Of a stretch of 21,707 nucleotides of DNA, positions 10,701 through 20,812 are shown piece after piece (within the stretch, counting starts at the first letter, position 1; every line of letters starts with the position of its first letter). A program made the position numbers and the translations under genes. This DNA comes from Azolla caroliniana (Eukaryota; Plantae; Polypodiophyta): contig JBHGNT010000524.1 in NCBI GenBank assembly GCA_043228905.1, forward strand, positions 1 to 21,707, given 5' to 3'. The notes beneath the pieces were generated by a model. The model worked only from the letters and a program-made list of their open reading frames with translations. It made no database searches and had not been told where the DNA came from.

Positions 10701-11789
10701 TGTTGAATGGGGTGAATTGTGTCATTCCCAGTTTCCACATAGCCAAGTCATTCGGGCTTTTGTAGATCTTAGAACCAATCCTCATGAGACGTCATGTGGT
10801 GGGATACACCCGAGTTGACAAACCATACATCTTTTGAGTTGGAGGTGCTAGTCGAGTTAGAGGTTGTCATAGAGTTTGTGATGTGCCTCATCACAAACAT
10901 TCCGCCACGATCGTCGTTTGAGGCGTAGTTGGTGAGTTGCCGACTCACTCTTCTTTTTGCGACACTCTGCCTCATAGTGGCCATGCTTGCCACAGTATCC
11001 GCATTGGGCGGAGTTATTCTATCGGCTCGGTCTGGCATGATAGCTCCCCCTGCTTCTTGACGCTCCACCTTGTGCGTTCACAACGTCTTGTCGATAGTTG
11101 AAGTTTTGTTCTCGGGGTTGCCTTTGGTTGTACTGACCTTGGCCTGGTTGGCCCCTTCTTCCATGGCCTTGTCCTCTTTCGTCGTCCGAGTTTGTGTAAA
11201 ACAATTGTCCGTTAGATGCGTTGCCTCTCGTTCAGACGTGGTTTTCTTCCACCAATAACATCAACTAGAGATCGAAGATGGAGGAAGACTTCTCCCTTGC
11301 GAGGATGACCAACCGAATGGCTTTTGAAGTGTGGTGCTAAGCCGCCGAGGCATATTTGCACCATTTCATAGTCGTCAATGTTGACATTGATCGACCCAAG
11401 GGAGTCGCACAACTCCTTGATCTTCAAGGTGTAGCTGTCGATGGGCATGCCCCTCTATTGAATCATGTTCAACTCTTGGCGGAGCTGAAGCTTTCGTGTG
11501 GTTGTGTTTGCCGCGAATATCTTCTTGAGGTTCCCTCACACCTATTTTGGCGTTTTGGCCTCTCGGATGTAATCGAGCATGTGATCATGGACGCATGATG
11601 CAAGGCAGTACAACATCTGACTCGTTGCTTGCTCCCAAGTTGGATGGTCGGCATGTGCTTGGGCTGATTTTCGTTTGCCCCTTCGACATAACTCCAATAA
11701 ACTTGGCCGACAAGGTATTGATTCATCTTGTACTCCTAAGATGCGAAATTGTTTCTGTCAAGTTTCTCTGTAGGAAGAGCGTTTCCCAT
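7790..11789 (-). pseudogene. gag-pol of copia A, heavily frameshifted
   Basis: Start MGNALPTEKLDRNNFAS*EYKMNQYL at 11789; knuckle CGYCGKHGHYEAEC (10962-11003); protease WFVNSGVSHHMT; WHKRIGH; integrase IHSDVWGP and SDGGKEY; RT QMDAKNAFLQG and YVND; RNase H YTDADWAG and HARTKHIEV. Confidence 0.93.
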
Positions 11790-11918
11790 CCAAGTGCTCA
11801 TGTCGAACTTCTTCTTCTCTTGATTCGAACTATGTTGGTTGTTGCTACAGGTTCTCTGTGAACACGGGATTAGACACAACACACATGAAGGCGATGGGCT
11901 TGGATCAAGCTACCAAGT

Positions 11919-11930
11919 GCTCCGATACCA
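11919..11930 (-). other. Primer binding site (tRNA-iMet type) of copia A
   Basis: The - strand reads tggtatcggagc directly after the CA of the 5' LTR. Confidence 0.9.
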
Positions 11931-12313
11931 TGTAAAGAATCGGTGATGATTCTATGCAGCAGAAGAGATGTGTGTGTGAGTGAGTGAGTGAGTGAGAGAG
12001 AGAGAGAGAGAGACAACACAAGAAAATATAGAAAAACAGAAAATTGTATTAACACAAGCCAGAATAAGCCAATAACAGTTACAAAGAGAAGGAGAAGGTG
12101 CTTATGTAGTCCACCTTCTCTCTAAGTTCTCTCACTGAAACGGCCCCTTGGGAAAGGGGTTGAGACTTAACTACTTAAAGAATATGTGTCAACAGTCATA
12201 GGATGTTAACTTCTATGACACACTAGTTATTATACAAGGAGGTGGGGTGTTCACACACTTGAGTCTCCTAGAGTGTGCTCCCACACATGGGAAGTTGAGT
12301 TTGATTCTCAACA
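11931..12313 (-). repeat. 5' LTR of copia A
   Basis: Direct repeat of 464-850, adjacent to the PBS and the TSD. Confidence 0.95.
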
Positions 12314-14564
12314 ATTAGTTTGGGAATGGAATCTCTCTCCCAAACTAAAAAGTAATTTCCTTGGAAAGTTCCAATGATAGGTCTAGATTTGATTGACGCT
12401 TCAAGAACCACAATTGCAACACCTATGATATTTATCTATTTCTTAGGAAGCCAAGAATTCTTAATTTCATACTACATGCATTTCAAACATGGATTATTAG
12501 TGTCATATTTTTTCAACAAAAAATATGAAACACTTTGAATGGCAAGAAGGTTGGTAATCAAGGTTGTTCTCAAAGGCTTCAAAATTATCATTGGAGTCAT
12601 CAATCATTTAGCACGATCTTGATTATGTTAGAAAAAGTTATGAAATGCTACAAATAGGCGAGAAGGATAGTCATCAATATAGATCTTGATGGTTTGAAAC
12701 CTATCATTGAATTTGATAGACTTCTCTAAGGCCTATTGTTTCTCACAAATGGGATCTTTCAATGCAAGGTGAAGACATGCTCCTAGTAAGTATCATAGGT
12801 ATTGGCATGAAATTTGTCAACTTTTTTGGGCTATATCCTCTTTCCTCCACTATCCAATGAAAACAAATTAATAATTGGCATTTGTTTCTTGCTCTTAGTC
12901 TGCCTTTATAGAGCTATTTGTTGTCTCAACCAAAATAATGTTCTAGGGATTGCAACTGAAACTAAGGCTTGAAACTTTTTGTAAAGATATATTGGCTTAT
13001 GCAAAAATCATTTGTTTGATGGAAACAATAACTCAAATGGGTGAGGAAGAAGATGCTGCCTCTTAAAGAATGTCTTATGTCTTTGAAAATGTATGCTTGA
13101 GCGCTTGCCTATTGATGTATTTCTCTAGTGAAGTTAATGTACTTTGACTATGACAATAATAAGATATGACAAACCCAACTCGCCCTGAAATAAGTTTATT
13201 ATACACAAACACACTTGCTTTTGTATATTGTTGCATGTAATATATATGTGGTTTAGTGTAGGGAGGCTCCAAGTAAAATGTAAAATTGACCTTGATATCA
13301 CCAAACCTCAAAACATATACATATCTTACATGTGTGTCGTGGCATCATCACTTGCATGACCATGCATGTGAACTTTAAAGTGAAGTAACTTTAGGCACTT
13401 CCCAAGCACTGGAGAAGGGTTAAGAAATATTAAAGATTGAACAAATTGCATTGTCCTTTCAAGGAGTCAATGTTTGACACATAAATAACTATAATGATGA
13501 GTGTGACAAGATTAATTATAAGTATCCAATCACTGTGAATGAATTAGGTAAGTCGTTCTTGATGGATCACATGGATGCAACAATCAACATTCAACCAAAA
13601 TACTTAATAAGGGGCAAATCAATAGCATTAGAACATCCCACATCCACCACATGTCAAATTCAACAACATTCTTTCACTTGTAGGCATTTGCTTGGTAAAT
13701 TAGTATGTAGTTAAAGGTCTTCTTACATGTTTCGTAAAGAGTGGGTTAACCCTAAACCCCAAATTACCTTCTTCTATTCGAGTAATAGTGGGATAGCATA
13801 ACCTTGAATCTATATAGTGTTAGCCAACTTGAAAGCAATTTTATGAGTTAGTTTGTACATAGTTCCAAATATAATTAACTTCAAATGAACACAAGGGAGA
13901 TGATCCATTTATTGCAAAAGAACACAAGTCAACACAATGTTTAATTGGAATATTTCATGAATGTATATAAAATGATAAACCACCTAATGTGCTGAGAGAG
14001 TCAATCTAATAACACATCAACACAATGACATAGGAGTTCCTTGGTTCCATGAGCCAAAAGACCATTATTAGCAGGTTGTATGACATCTCCAAGTGACTCT
14101 AGGAAAAGAGTGAATATCATTTCCTCAAAATGCCTCAAAGAAGCTCATCATTATCGATTCCTTTCCCAAAAATATGTACCTCCCACGAGTGAAGGAGAAT
14201 CTTGCATCAAACAAGGCAATGCTCATGTTGCTCGCAAATGCAAACACGTGTTCTTATTCAAAATGGAACCCTTTGGCGAGTGGAATTTCAAAGTCTATAG
14301 ACCATTTTGAACAAAAGATGCGGCATGTGCCTATTTTACAAAAATGGACAAGGTTCCTTCCACACCTTTGTTTAATGTTCAAAACGCTTTAAAACATCCA
14401 CTCCTATCATATGTATTTAAAAATATACTCACAAAATGCATTCAAGTCAAACTATTTAAAAATATTCACAAGTATTCCATTTATGACAAGCACTGTTCAT
14501 TAATGAAAAATTTAACACTCGCAACACTCAAAAAATGCTATTATTGTACTTAGTATGGAACCAA

Positions 14565-14900
14565 ATGCTCAAAAAACATTGTTGATGAACATTACAATTG
14601 AGAGTGCGCATTGTGATTGCAAAAGAGATGTGTGGGGATAACACGATGTGGGAAGCAAATTTGAATGTGATCAATGGTGAGTACTACAAAAGAATGATGC
14701 TCAATCTCACAAATTTGTTATAGACAAAATATGCATAGTTGACACCTCTCATCTCATATTGTTCAACACTTGTCTCAAACAAAAGAGAAGGTGATCCAAG
14801 TCATATAGAAGCAACAAGACAAATGTCACAAAGAAGGATGTTTCTAACACGTGTGGAGAAGTATGGATTGACCCATAAGAGATAATGATGGTTTTGTTCA
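14565..14900 (-). mobile_element. Old degenerate copy of the LINE D family
   Basis: Collinear matches to ~6665-7020: gagagtgcgcattgtg/gagagtgcacattgtg, gatgtgggaagca/gatgtggaaagca, gaatgtgatcaatgg/gaatatgatcaaagg, tgcatagttgacacctctcatc/tgcatagccgaccactctcatc, tctaacacgtgtgga/tctaacatgtatgga. Confidence 0.8.
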
Positions 14901-14921
14901 AGAGAATCCTCTCATGAATTG

Positions 14922-14985
14922 TTGTAGCTCAATCGGTAAAGTTGCCTCACAACAAAAGGTCATGCATCAATTTCTACATTTTGCA
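14922..14985 (+). mobile_element. tRNA-derived SINE-like head (degenerate)
   Basis: A box TAGCTCAATCGG at 14925-14936. Degenerate B box gcatcaatttc about 39 nt downstream. No full cloverleaf. Confidence 0.4.
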
Positions 14986-15351
14986 ATTGTATCTAGGTTT
15001 AGTAGCATATAAAGTGAGATTTAAACCTGCATGCATGAGTCAGTAAAAAATTGGCTCACCATAGTTACAACCCTAATGCAAAAAAGAAATCCAATCGCAG
15101 CTTAAATCACTCGTAAGTGATCGAAAGATTCTTCAAATCAGTCATCAAGCTTTAGATTTTCTATTTTCATTATCAATACATGTTAACATCAAAGATTGAA
15201 GGAAAAAAAATTTATCAACCTAAGAATTTCTCAACTTTTAAGGAGAGGACCTTATACATGTCGATGCTCCATGTGAGCAATGAGATGATGAGCTTTCCAT
15301 GATTGAAAAAATTCATCACAATTAAACAAAAATGTATACACAAGCTATCAA

Positions 15352-15591
15352 TCACTCTGACGTCTGAGCCGTCTCAGTGACAGCCTCAGTTCTTGGTGAT
15401 GTTCCAAATTTTTTCGCAAAGTACTCGACAGCACGTGCTTGATGCTTTGCCACTGACGGTTTCACCCATTTCTTTGGTCCTGGAACCATTGTAAGAGTGC
15501 AACCCCCTGCTTCTAGCTTACTTTTAGCAGAGTCTGAGAAAGCCCCCGCCTTAATGGAAAGCTTGGCGTTGAGTTCTCCATCCCCAAGAAT
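15352..15591 (-). CDS. RPL15: RPL15 exon 5 ([30 protein letters not shown]...TSE*)
   Basis: Acceptor tttatctag; 80 codons ending at TGA 15354-15352. Not in the ORF track. Confidence 0.95.
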   Translation of the reverse strand: MLGDGELNAKLSIKAGAFSDSAKSKLEAGGCTLTMVPGPKKWVKPSVAKHQARAVEYFAKKFGTSPRTEAVTETAQTSE

Positions 15592-18369
15592 CTAGATAAA
15601 CAGGGTATTAATTGCTGAACTATAATGTGAAATTATATCTACCAATATATGCACAAATATCAGGAGAGTGTGGTAAAGGCTATGTCTACAATCTCAAGTT
15701 CATAGGTTCAAAATTATCACTATTAATCGGCCTAATGTTACTTTCATTGTGACAACAAAAGCTTATTCTCTCCAACCATAAGTTGTGGTTCAAGTCTAAA
15801 GCAATGGATATAATGTTATGTTCATTGTAAAACAATTTCGTGCCTTTGTTTCAAGATAATTATATGTTTGATCAACTAGAATGTTCCTCCTATGAAATGG
15901 CTTCACAATTTATTCACCACCACAGCCAGAGGGTTGAAAATTATCGACAGATATTTCAACAGAAGTCCAAAAGTAACAATCCAATATTTCATGTATACAA
16001 TAATCCTACCTGGTAGTTCAAGCTATGAGTATTCATTTAAGATGTGATGCATTCATCATTTCAAAAGTGTTAGCATCAGAAAATAAATACACATTCATTA
16101 CCTTAAGACGCAACCTTCTCAATCGTCCCGAGGGGTTAAGTATGCCTCTGCTCTTCAATGACTCCAAAGATACCTCCTCTCCTTCCTCAAATCCAGCAAG
16201 TGCAATATCTGATAAGTTCACCGTGACAAACTTAGGAAGCCCTGCAGACATACCTGTGGTGGACACACACAATATTTGCACAAATCAAGTGTTAAAAATA
16301 CAGCACTAAAGTAGTCTAAAAAACACTTTCCTAATCATCAAATTCAAATACAATGTATATAACCATTTCGCACCAAAGAAGAATATAATCAGTGCAAAAA
16401 ACATCAAAATACTCCTGATTCCCTTAGGCATTTTTCAGAATACCACTTAAGTTTTCAGAAATTACAAGAAATACCCCCTTCCTAGTGCAAAAGTTGGTTA
16501 CTCCAAGAGAACTCAGGGGTTTTCCCGTCATTTCTGAAAATTTTGGAGTTTTCTCGTAGTTTCTGAAAACAAAAGGCTATTCTATGCTAGATACCCAGCA
16601 AAAGTATTTATACCTCCAGCAATTCCTCTGAGCTTGGGGAGACGTCGGTAAAGAGGTGTTTGGCCTCCTTCGAACCCTGGGCGTACACCTGGACCTGATC
16701 TTGATTTCTGACCCCTCATACCAAAACCACAGCTACCACCTTGTCCGGCACCTTCTCCTCTTCCCTTTCTCTTTGCTTTCTTGCGAGATCCCGGTTGCGG
16801 ACCCAGATTTGCTAGGTGGAATCTCTCGGTATCTTTTATCATATTAAAGAGCTACAATTAGAAGTCCCTTTCCAGCATCAAGATCAGACAGATGTAATCT
16901 CTTGATCAGTCTCATAAGCCATTTTGGCCTCTAAAGAAATGTCAGTATACATATTTTATCCTCACTACAAAAATAAGGTTCCCAGATGCAGCAAGACTGA
17001 TGTATTGCTGCCAATATGATTGGAACCAAAGGAAATGAAACACCTTTTCTTTAGATTTATAGACATACAGACAATATATTCATGAGTTACCTACAATATG
17101 CATAAAGCTGTAGAATACAAACCCATATGGAGGTAGCTATGCAGAGGGAGGGGAGGACAGGAAGAGGAATCAAATTGGAAAATTTACATCTCAACCACAC
17201 TTTAAATCGTTTGAAATACTAAAAAATATATGGACAAAAAAATTTCCGGGCTGCAGGAACAGAGGAAATGACATACAGAAATAGCTTTGTCTTCCGTGTA
17301 GCTATGAAGTTATCAAGAAGCATCTCCCACCAATTCTCTATGATATTCAAGTTTACAACCAAGGATTACATATGCCATATTCAGCTGGATTCTTGAGAAA
17401 CAAGTCTAGACAAAAGTGCCTTCCTCTATACCTCTATCAATTCCAAGTCTGGGGGAATGATCAGGATAATATATGCCAAGACATCTAGTTCCTCTGTCTT
17501 ATATAGCCCCATATTTTGTTCCTTTTTTAGTTTTCTCTTTTCGTTACAAGGAATCCAGAAATACGTCCCATGTGACTATGGTGCCTATGCATTTCACAAA
17601 CATCCCATGGTTAATTGTGAGTAGCTCCTCTAGATTTAAGCAAAAGAATTAACCAAGACAAAACATAAGGAAACCCCACTATTTCACCTCTGGACTCTAG
17701 ACAAAATAATTTTCAATAAAAACAGAGGGAAAGCGATGCTATTTCATTTCTGAACCAGAAAAGAAAACCAGAATTTGACATAAACGAAAAAGAAAGCAAA
17801 ACCATACATATCATTCACCTCTATATTTAAGCATAAATGACTCGACCTAAACAAAACAGGAAGGAACCATACCAGTTCACGTCTGGACGGAATTTGAGCG
17901 CAACCAAAAAGAAACAAAAACTGAAGGGATAAATCTGACCTAAAAGAAGAGTCTTGCAGAGAATAATTTACTTAAAAAAAGAACAGAAAAGATTGAGGAG
18001 ATACGGGAAGTATTAAGACAGAGACAGAGCGAGAATGCACCATGTACAGTAGCAGACGCTCGGAAAGGAGCCACGGATTTGCGCTGAGGAAGAGCATGAA
18101 GAGAGGATGAAGAACACCGAAGGATGGAGCCTCGCTGGAAGGTGGAGCTCGAGGACGATGACAGGGAAGAGACATCGCTCTATCAAATCAAACAAGAGAA
18201 GCAACTCGGTTCTGAGGAGGAGACAAGGACAGAGACAGAGACAGAGAGACAGAGAGACAGAGAGACAGAGAAACAGAGACAGAGACAGAGACAGAGACAG
18301 AGACAGAGACAGAGACAGAGATTTACTTACCTTGAGGAGTGAAGGGAGAGAAGCCATCGCCATAGCCAT
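15352..18369 (-). CDS. RPL15: Plastid 50S ribosomal protein uL15c precursor, 5 exons: 18369-18331, 18179-18041, 16832-16614, 16253-16102, 15591-15352 (789 nt, 262 aa)
   Basis: Core [24 protein letters not shown]...[12 protein letters not shown]...[22 protein letters not shown]...VSLESLK...LKILGDGEL...[14 protein letters not shown]...[10 protein letters not shown] matches plant plastid L15. All introns are GT-AG with consistent phases (0,1,1,0). Exons 1-2 encode a Ser-rich transit-peptide-like sequence. Confidence 0.93.
16102..16253 (-). CDS. RPL15: RPL15 exon 4
   Basis: Boundaries ccacag|GTATG and AAG|gtaatg; encodes [14 protein letters not shown]...RLRLK. Confidence 0.95.
16430..16570. repeat. 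Intronic inverted repeats, MITE/MULE-TIR-like remnant
   Basis: gttttcagaaattacaagaaa (16451-16471) is 19/21 identical to the reverse complement of 16550-16570. A second inverted unit lies at 16516-16540. Confidence 0.5.
16614..16832 (-). CDS. RPL15: RPL15 exon 3
   Basis: [15 protein letters not shown]...LRGIAG; donor GAG|gtataa. Acceptor aaag|AT was chosen by phase; an alternative TAG acceptor lies at 16852-16854. Confidence 0.9.
18041..18179 (-). CDS. RPL15: RPL15 exon 2 (transit peptide)
   Basis: Boundaries ttgatag|AGC and ATG|gtgcat; encodes [46 protein letters not shown]. Confidence 0.75.
18228..18320. repeat. (AGAGAC)n microsatellite in RPL15 intron 1
   Basis: About 15 hexamer units visible directly. 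Confidence 0.95.
18331..18369 (-). CDS. RPL15: RPL15 exon 1 ([13 protein letters not shown])
   Basis: ATG-GCT start and a consensus donor AAG|gtaagt. Which of the three in-frame ATGs is used is uncertain. Confidence 0.8.
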
Positions 18370-18415
18370 GAGTGAGAGTGAGTGAGTGTGTGTGTTCTGT
18401 TTGGATAAGCTTAAG

Positions 18416-18446
18416 CTTCTTCTTCTTCTTCTTCTTCTTCTTCTTC
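18416..18446. repeat. (CTT)10 microsatellite in the probable 5' UTR/TSS region of RPL15
   Basis: Seen directly. Confidence 0.9.
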
Positions 18447-18567
18447 TGTGTGTGAAAATGCCTTCTGTGTAGAAAAGGCTCTTCTTCCTTTCAATAGAAA
18501 AAACGGTTAAAATTACAAAAATGCCCTCCAAATCTCCTTGGGCTTAAGAAATGGACATGACCATGAC

Positions 18568-18954
18568 CTGGTCAGGGGTTCCATGGTATTAAATAAGTAG
18601 CATGTCTCCAGCCAATGGCTAGGCACTGGATATCTTGGCCTACAACCTACACAGATCATTGTCCACCCTGGATAGTGGGTTTTGTGGGACACCACTGGTC
18701 AGGGTTTCCATGGTATTGAATGAGTAGCTTGCGTCCAACCAATGTTCAGGCATTGGATATCTCGGCCTACAACCTACACAAATCATTGTCCACCCTAGAT
18801 AGTGGGTTTTGTGGGCCAACACTGGTCAGGGTTTCCATGGTATTGAATGAGTAGCCTGCGTCCAACCAAATGTCTGGCCACTAGGTATGTCGCCCTGCAA
18901 GCAACCTACATTGGTCATTGTCCACCCTTCCTTGGTGGGTTTTGTGGGCCAACA
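18568..18954. repeat. Tandem repeat, 3 x ~127 bp, upstream of RPL15
   Basis: Units begin ctggtcaggg at 18568, 18695 and 18822; the third unit is more diverged. Confidence 0.95.
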
Positions 18955-19029
18955 CTTTATTGGCTCCATGACCCATGTCGACAAGCTAGTTCATTTCCAC
19001 GATAGTGGCAACAATAGCTAGCTGGTAGA

Positions 19030-19830
19030 ACCCCCTGTAAATGTGTCACTAGTGTTATTCGTCATGTGTAGTTTCGTCGAGATGATCTTTGTTCTTCCTG
19101 ATGGAAATTCCTCTAATAACACGATGTTGCACTTTAATGTGTTCCATTCTTTGCATGAAAAGCTGAATGCTTCAACATTTTGCATTGTGGGCAGTTGGAC
19201 TTCTTCGACATTTTGCGTTCATATCTGTAGGCAACAAAGAAAGCCACAATGATTCATTTGTTGCAATGTACTCCGCTTTTGTTGTCAACGCCATCATGTA
19301 ATAATGTATTGTTGATCTCCATGATATCATTCTACTCACAAACTATAAAATGTACCTTCACTTATATTTGTTGGTGTCCACACGTTTGGCATTGTTAGAG
19401 TCTAAAACGTTTGTTGTTCACACATTTGGCATCGGGCAAAGTTCTTGATTATTCATTCTACTTAACTATTGTATTCTTCTTTTCATTGCTTCTTGGTGTT
19501 TTTTATTGAGGTTTGACGTGAACCTACCTACAACCCTGAGTGCAAATACAATGTTGGGTGTGGTGTCCACCATGGGCATACATTAAGCTATCGACACAAA
19601 ACCAAAAATGTACAAAACTCTCTGCAGTTGTCCTTGTTCAAATGCATACTTTAAACAACCACCCTTGTTCAAATGTATACTTTAATTACGTGATCCACAT
19701 ATAATCTCGGATTTACTTCGTTCCCTTCCAAATCCTTCATATCAAATTCATAACCTAGCTTCCTTAGAACACATATTTCCTCGTAATAAATATGTCATCC
19801 AAATATAGGATATAGGAGGATTAGGTTTAA
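19030..19830 (-). pseudogene. Ancient copia RT/RNase H relic with no recognisable LTRs
   Basis: Broken motifs in the correct order on the - strand: YLDDIFI (~19800), EFDMKDL (~19740), SLMY/MVDTTPNIVFALRVVGRFTSN (~19520-19590), ISWRS, TKAEYIA (~19270), SAFHA, SDTFT (~19040). Confidence 0.8.
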
Positions 19831-20163
19831 CCTTCAATTTAAGCAAATGCCTAGATTTGGTTTGGTAATAATGAAGGATGCTATGTTGGTGTCACAATGA
19901 AGATTAATAACCTCTACACAACAAGATCAATATTTCGTATTCCAAGATGTTATGACTTTATTGGCGATTATTATTGTTGCATGACCCATTTCTTGATTTA
20001 GATAGAGGATCTCGAGAACTCGATTGGCCATTTGCTTGAAATAGGAGATTGATTACGGTATCAACAAATGATGCTCTCCACAAGTTGATTGACAAACATA
20101 AGTGGATGGATGAAAAGGTTTCATGTGATCATGGTAGGTTGGTGTTCTCAAATGATGCTAATA

Positions 20164-20310
20164 GCTAAGATATTTTGGAGAGTTATGGTTTGAGCTTTTC
20201 CAATGGGACATACATTAAATAAAGATAAAGTTTGCTAGAGGATGTGCGTCTTTTGTTCAGTCTAGGGCAAGAGAATCTTCATTCAATCGGGTTTTTGTAC
20301 ATATAGAGCA
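20164..20310 (+). pseudogene. Degenerate L1-type LINE ORF2 C-terminal zinc region (zf-RVT-like)
   Basis: In frame AKIFWRVMV*AFPMGHTL...MCVFCSV, resembling the K-x-F-x-W-R...LP...L...CxxC pattern. Confidence 0.5.
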
Positions 20311-20473
20311 GTGGTTTGAGTTATTGAGGTGGGAGTTATGGTTCAATTGGAACATTTGTGTGTAGGGTGGAATTGAATTTGTAATATTTAGCTCCCTAGA
20401 GTTCTTATAAAGATTGTTGTAAGTCAGTCGTGGTGATGTTTTAGTTCATAATGAAAGACATTTAATACGAAAT

Positions 20474-20541
20474 AGAGATAGATAGATTTTACTATAATCT
20501 TCCGAGATCGAACATTTTTTTCCAAGAAAGATATTATATTA
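20474..20541 (-). mobile_element. Very short 3'-end relic related to LINE D
   Basis: 20481-20513 matches 6568-6600 at 26/33 without gaps and is preceded by agagata, giving an (ATCT)/(CT) tail on the - strand. Confidence 0.55.
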
Positions 20542-20812
20542 GTATTAAGAAATGCCCTAAGGCTATACATGAAATATCCACATTAGGTAATCACCCCATT
20601 CTAAGTTTTAATTGTCGAGGCTCACTTCTTCATATTCTACCTAGATTCCGATAGAGCATGCACATCTCTCGAACTTTCAGTGTATGCATGCCTCTCAAAC
20701 CTTGTATAATACTTGTGCTCAACAACACAAGTCATAGAATTCATAGTTCAAGTCATTTGCTTTCATTCTCTCCCTTCTTAGTCATTGTTTGTCTCTCTCT
20801 CGTCTTGTTTCA

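Larger units (their letters stand above)
464..12313 (-). mobile_element. Ty1/copia LTR retrotransposon A (outer, degenerate, host of the nested insertions)
   Basis: Direct LTRs at 464-850 and 11931-12313 with TG...CA ends. Perfect 5-bp TSD ATTAG at 459-463 and 12314-12318. PBS next to the 11931 LTR. Domain order gag-PR-INT-RT-RH on the - strand is diagnostic of copia. Confidence 0.96.

Noticed and set aside
920-11861. Numerous + strand ORFs, as possible antisense or env-like extra genes
   Set aside because: Short, without recognisable motifs, and simply antisense to gag-pol or LTR sequence.
13743-13760. Telomere-like aaccctaaaccc
   Set aside because: Fewer than two full units and not in a promoter position; could be chance.
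12319-14560. Possible decayed LINE or other coding relic between copia A and RPL15, including ORFs at 13075-13311 and 14080-14553
   Set aside because: No convincing motif could be read by eye; would need a BLASTX search.
18180-18213. Alternative acceptor ctcctcag at 18212 for RPL15 exon 2
   Set aside because: It introduces an in-frame TGA after 7 codons, whereas the TAG at 18180-18182 gives an open transit peptide.
18013-18531. ORFs of 67-172 aa with RD/RQ/SL/poly-R repeats
   Set aside because: Artefacts of the (AGAGAC)n and (CTT)n microsatellites. The real coding frame is the spliced RPL15 exons 1-2.
18513-18822. Two similar 60-aa ORFs (MVSHKTHY.../MLAHKTHY...), and a CRISPR-like reading of the array
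   Set aside because: They are translations of the 127-bp tandem unit, whose length is not a multiple of 3. There are no unique spacers and the context is eukaryotic.
19632-19685. 23-bp direct repeat ccttgttcaaatgYatactttaa with a 31-bp period
   Set aside because: Only two copies inside a decayed copia RT; a local duplication with no evident function.
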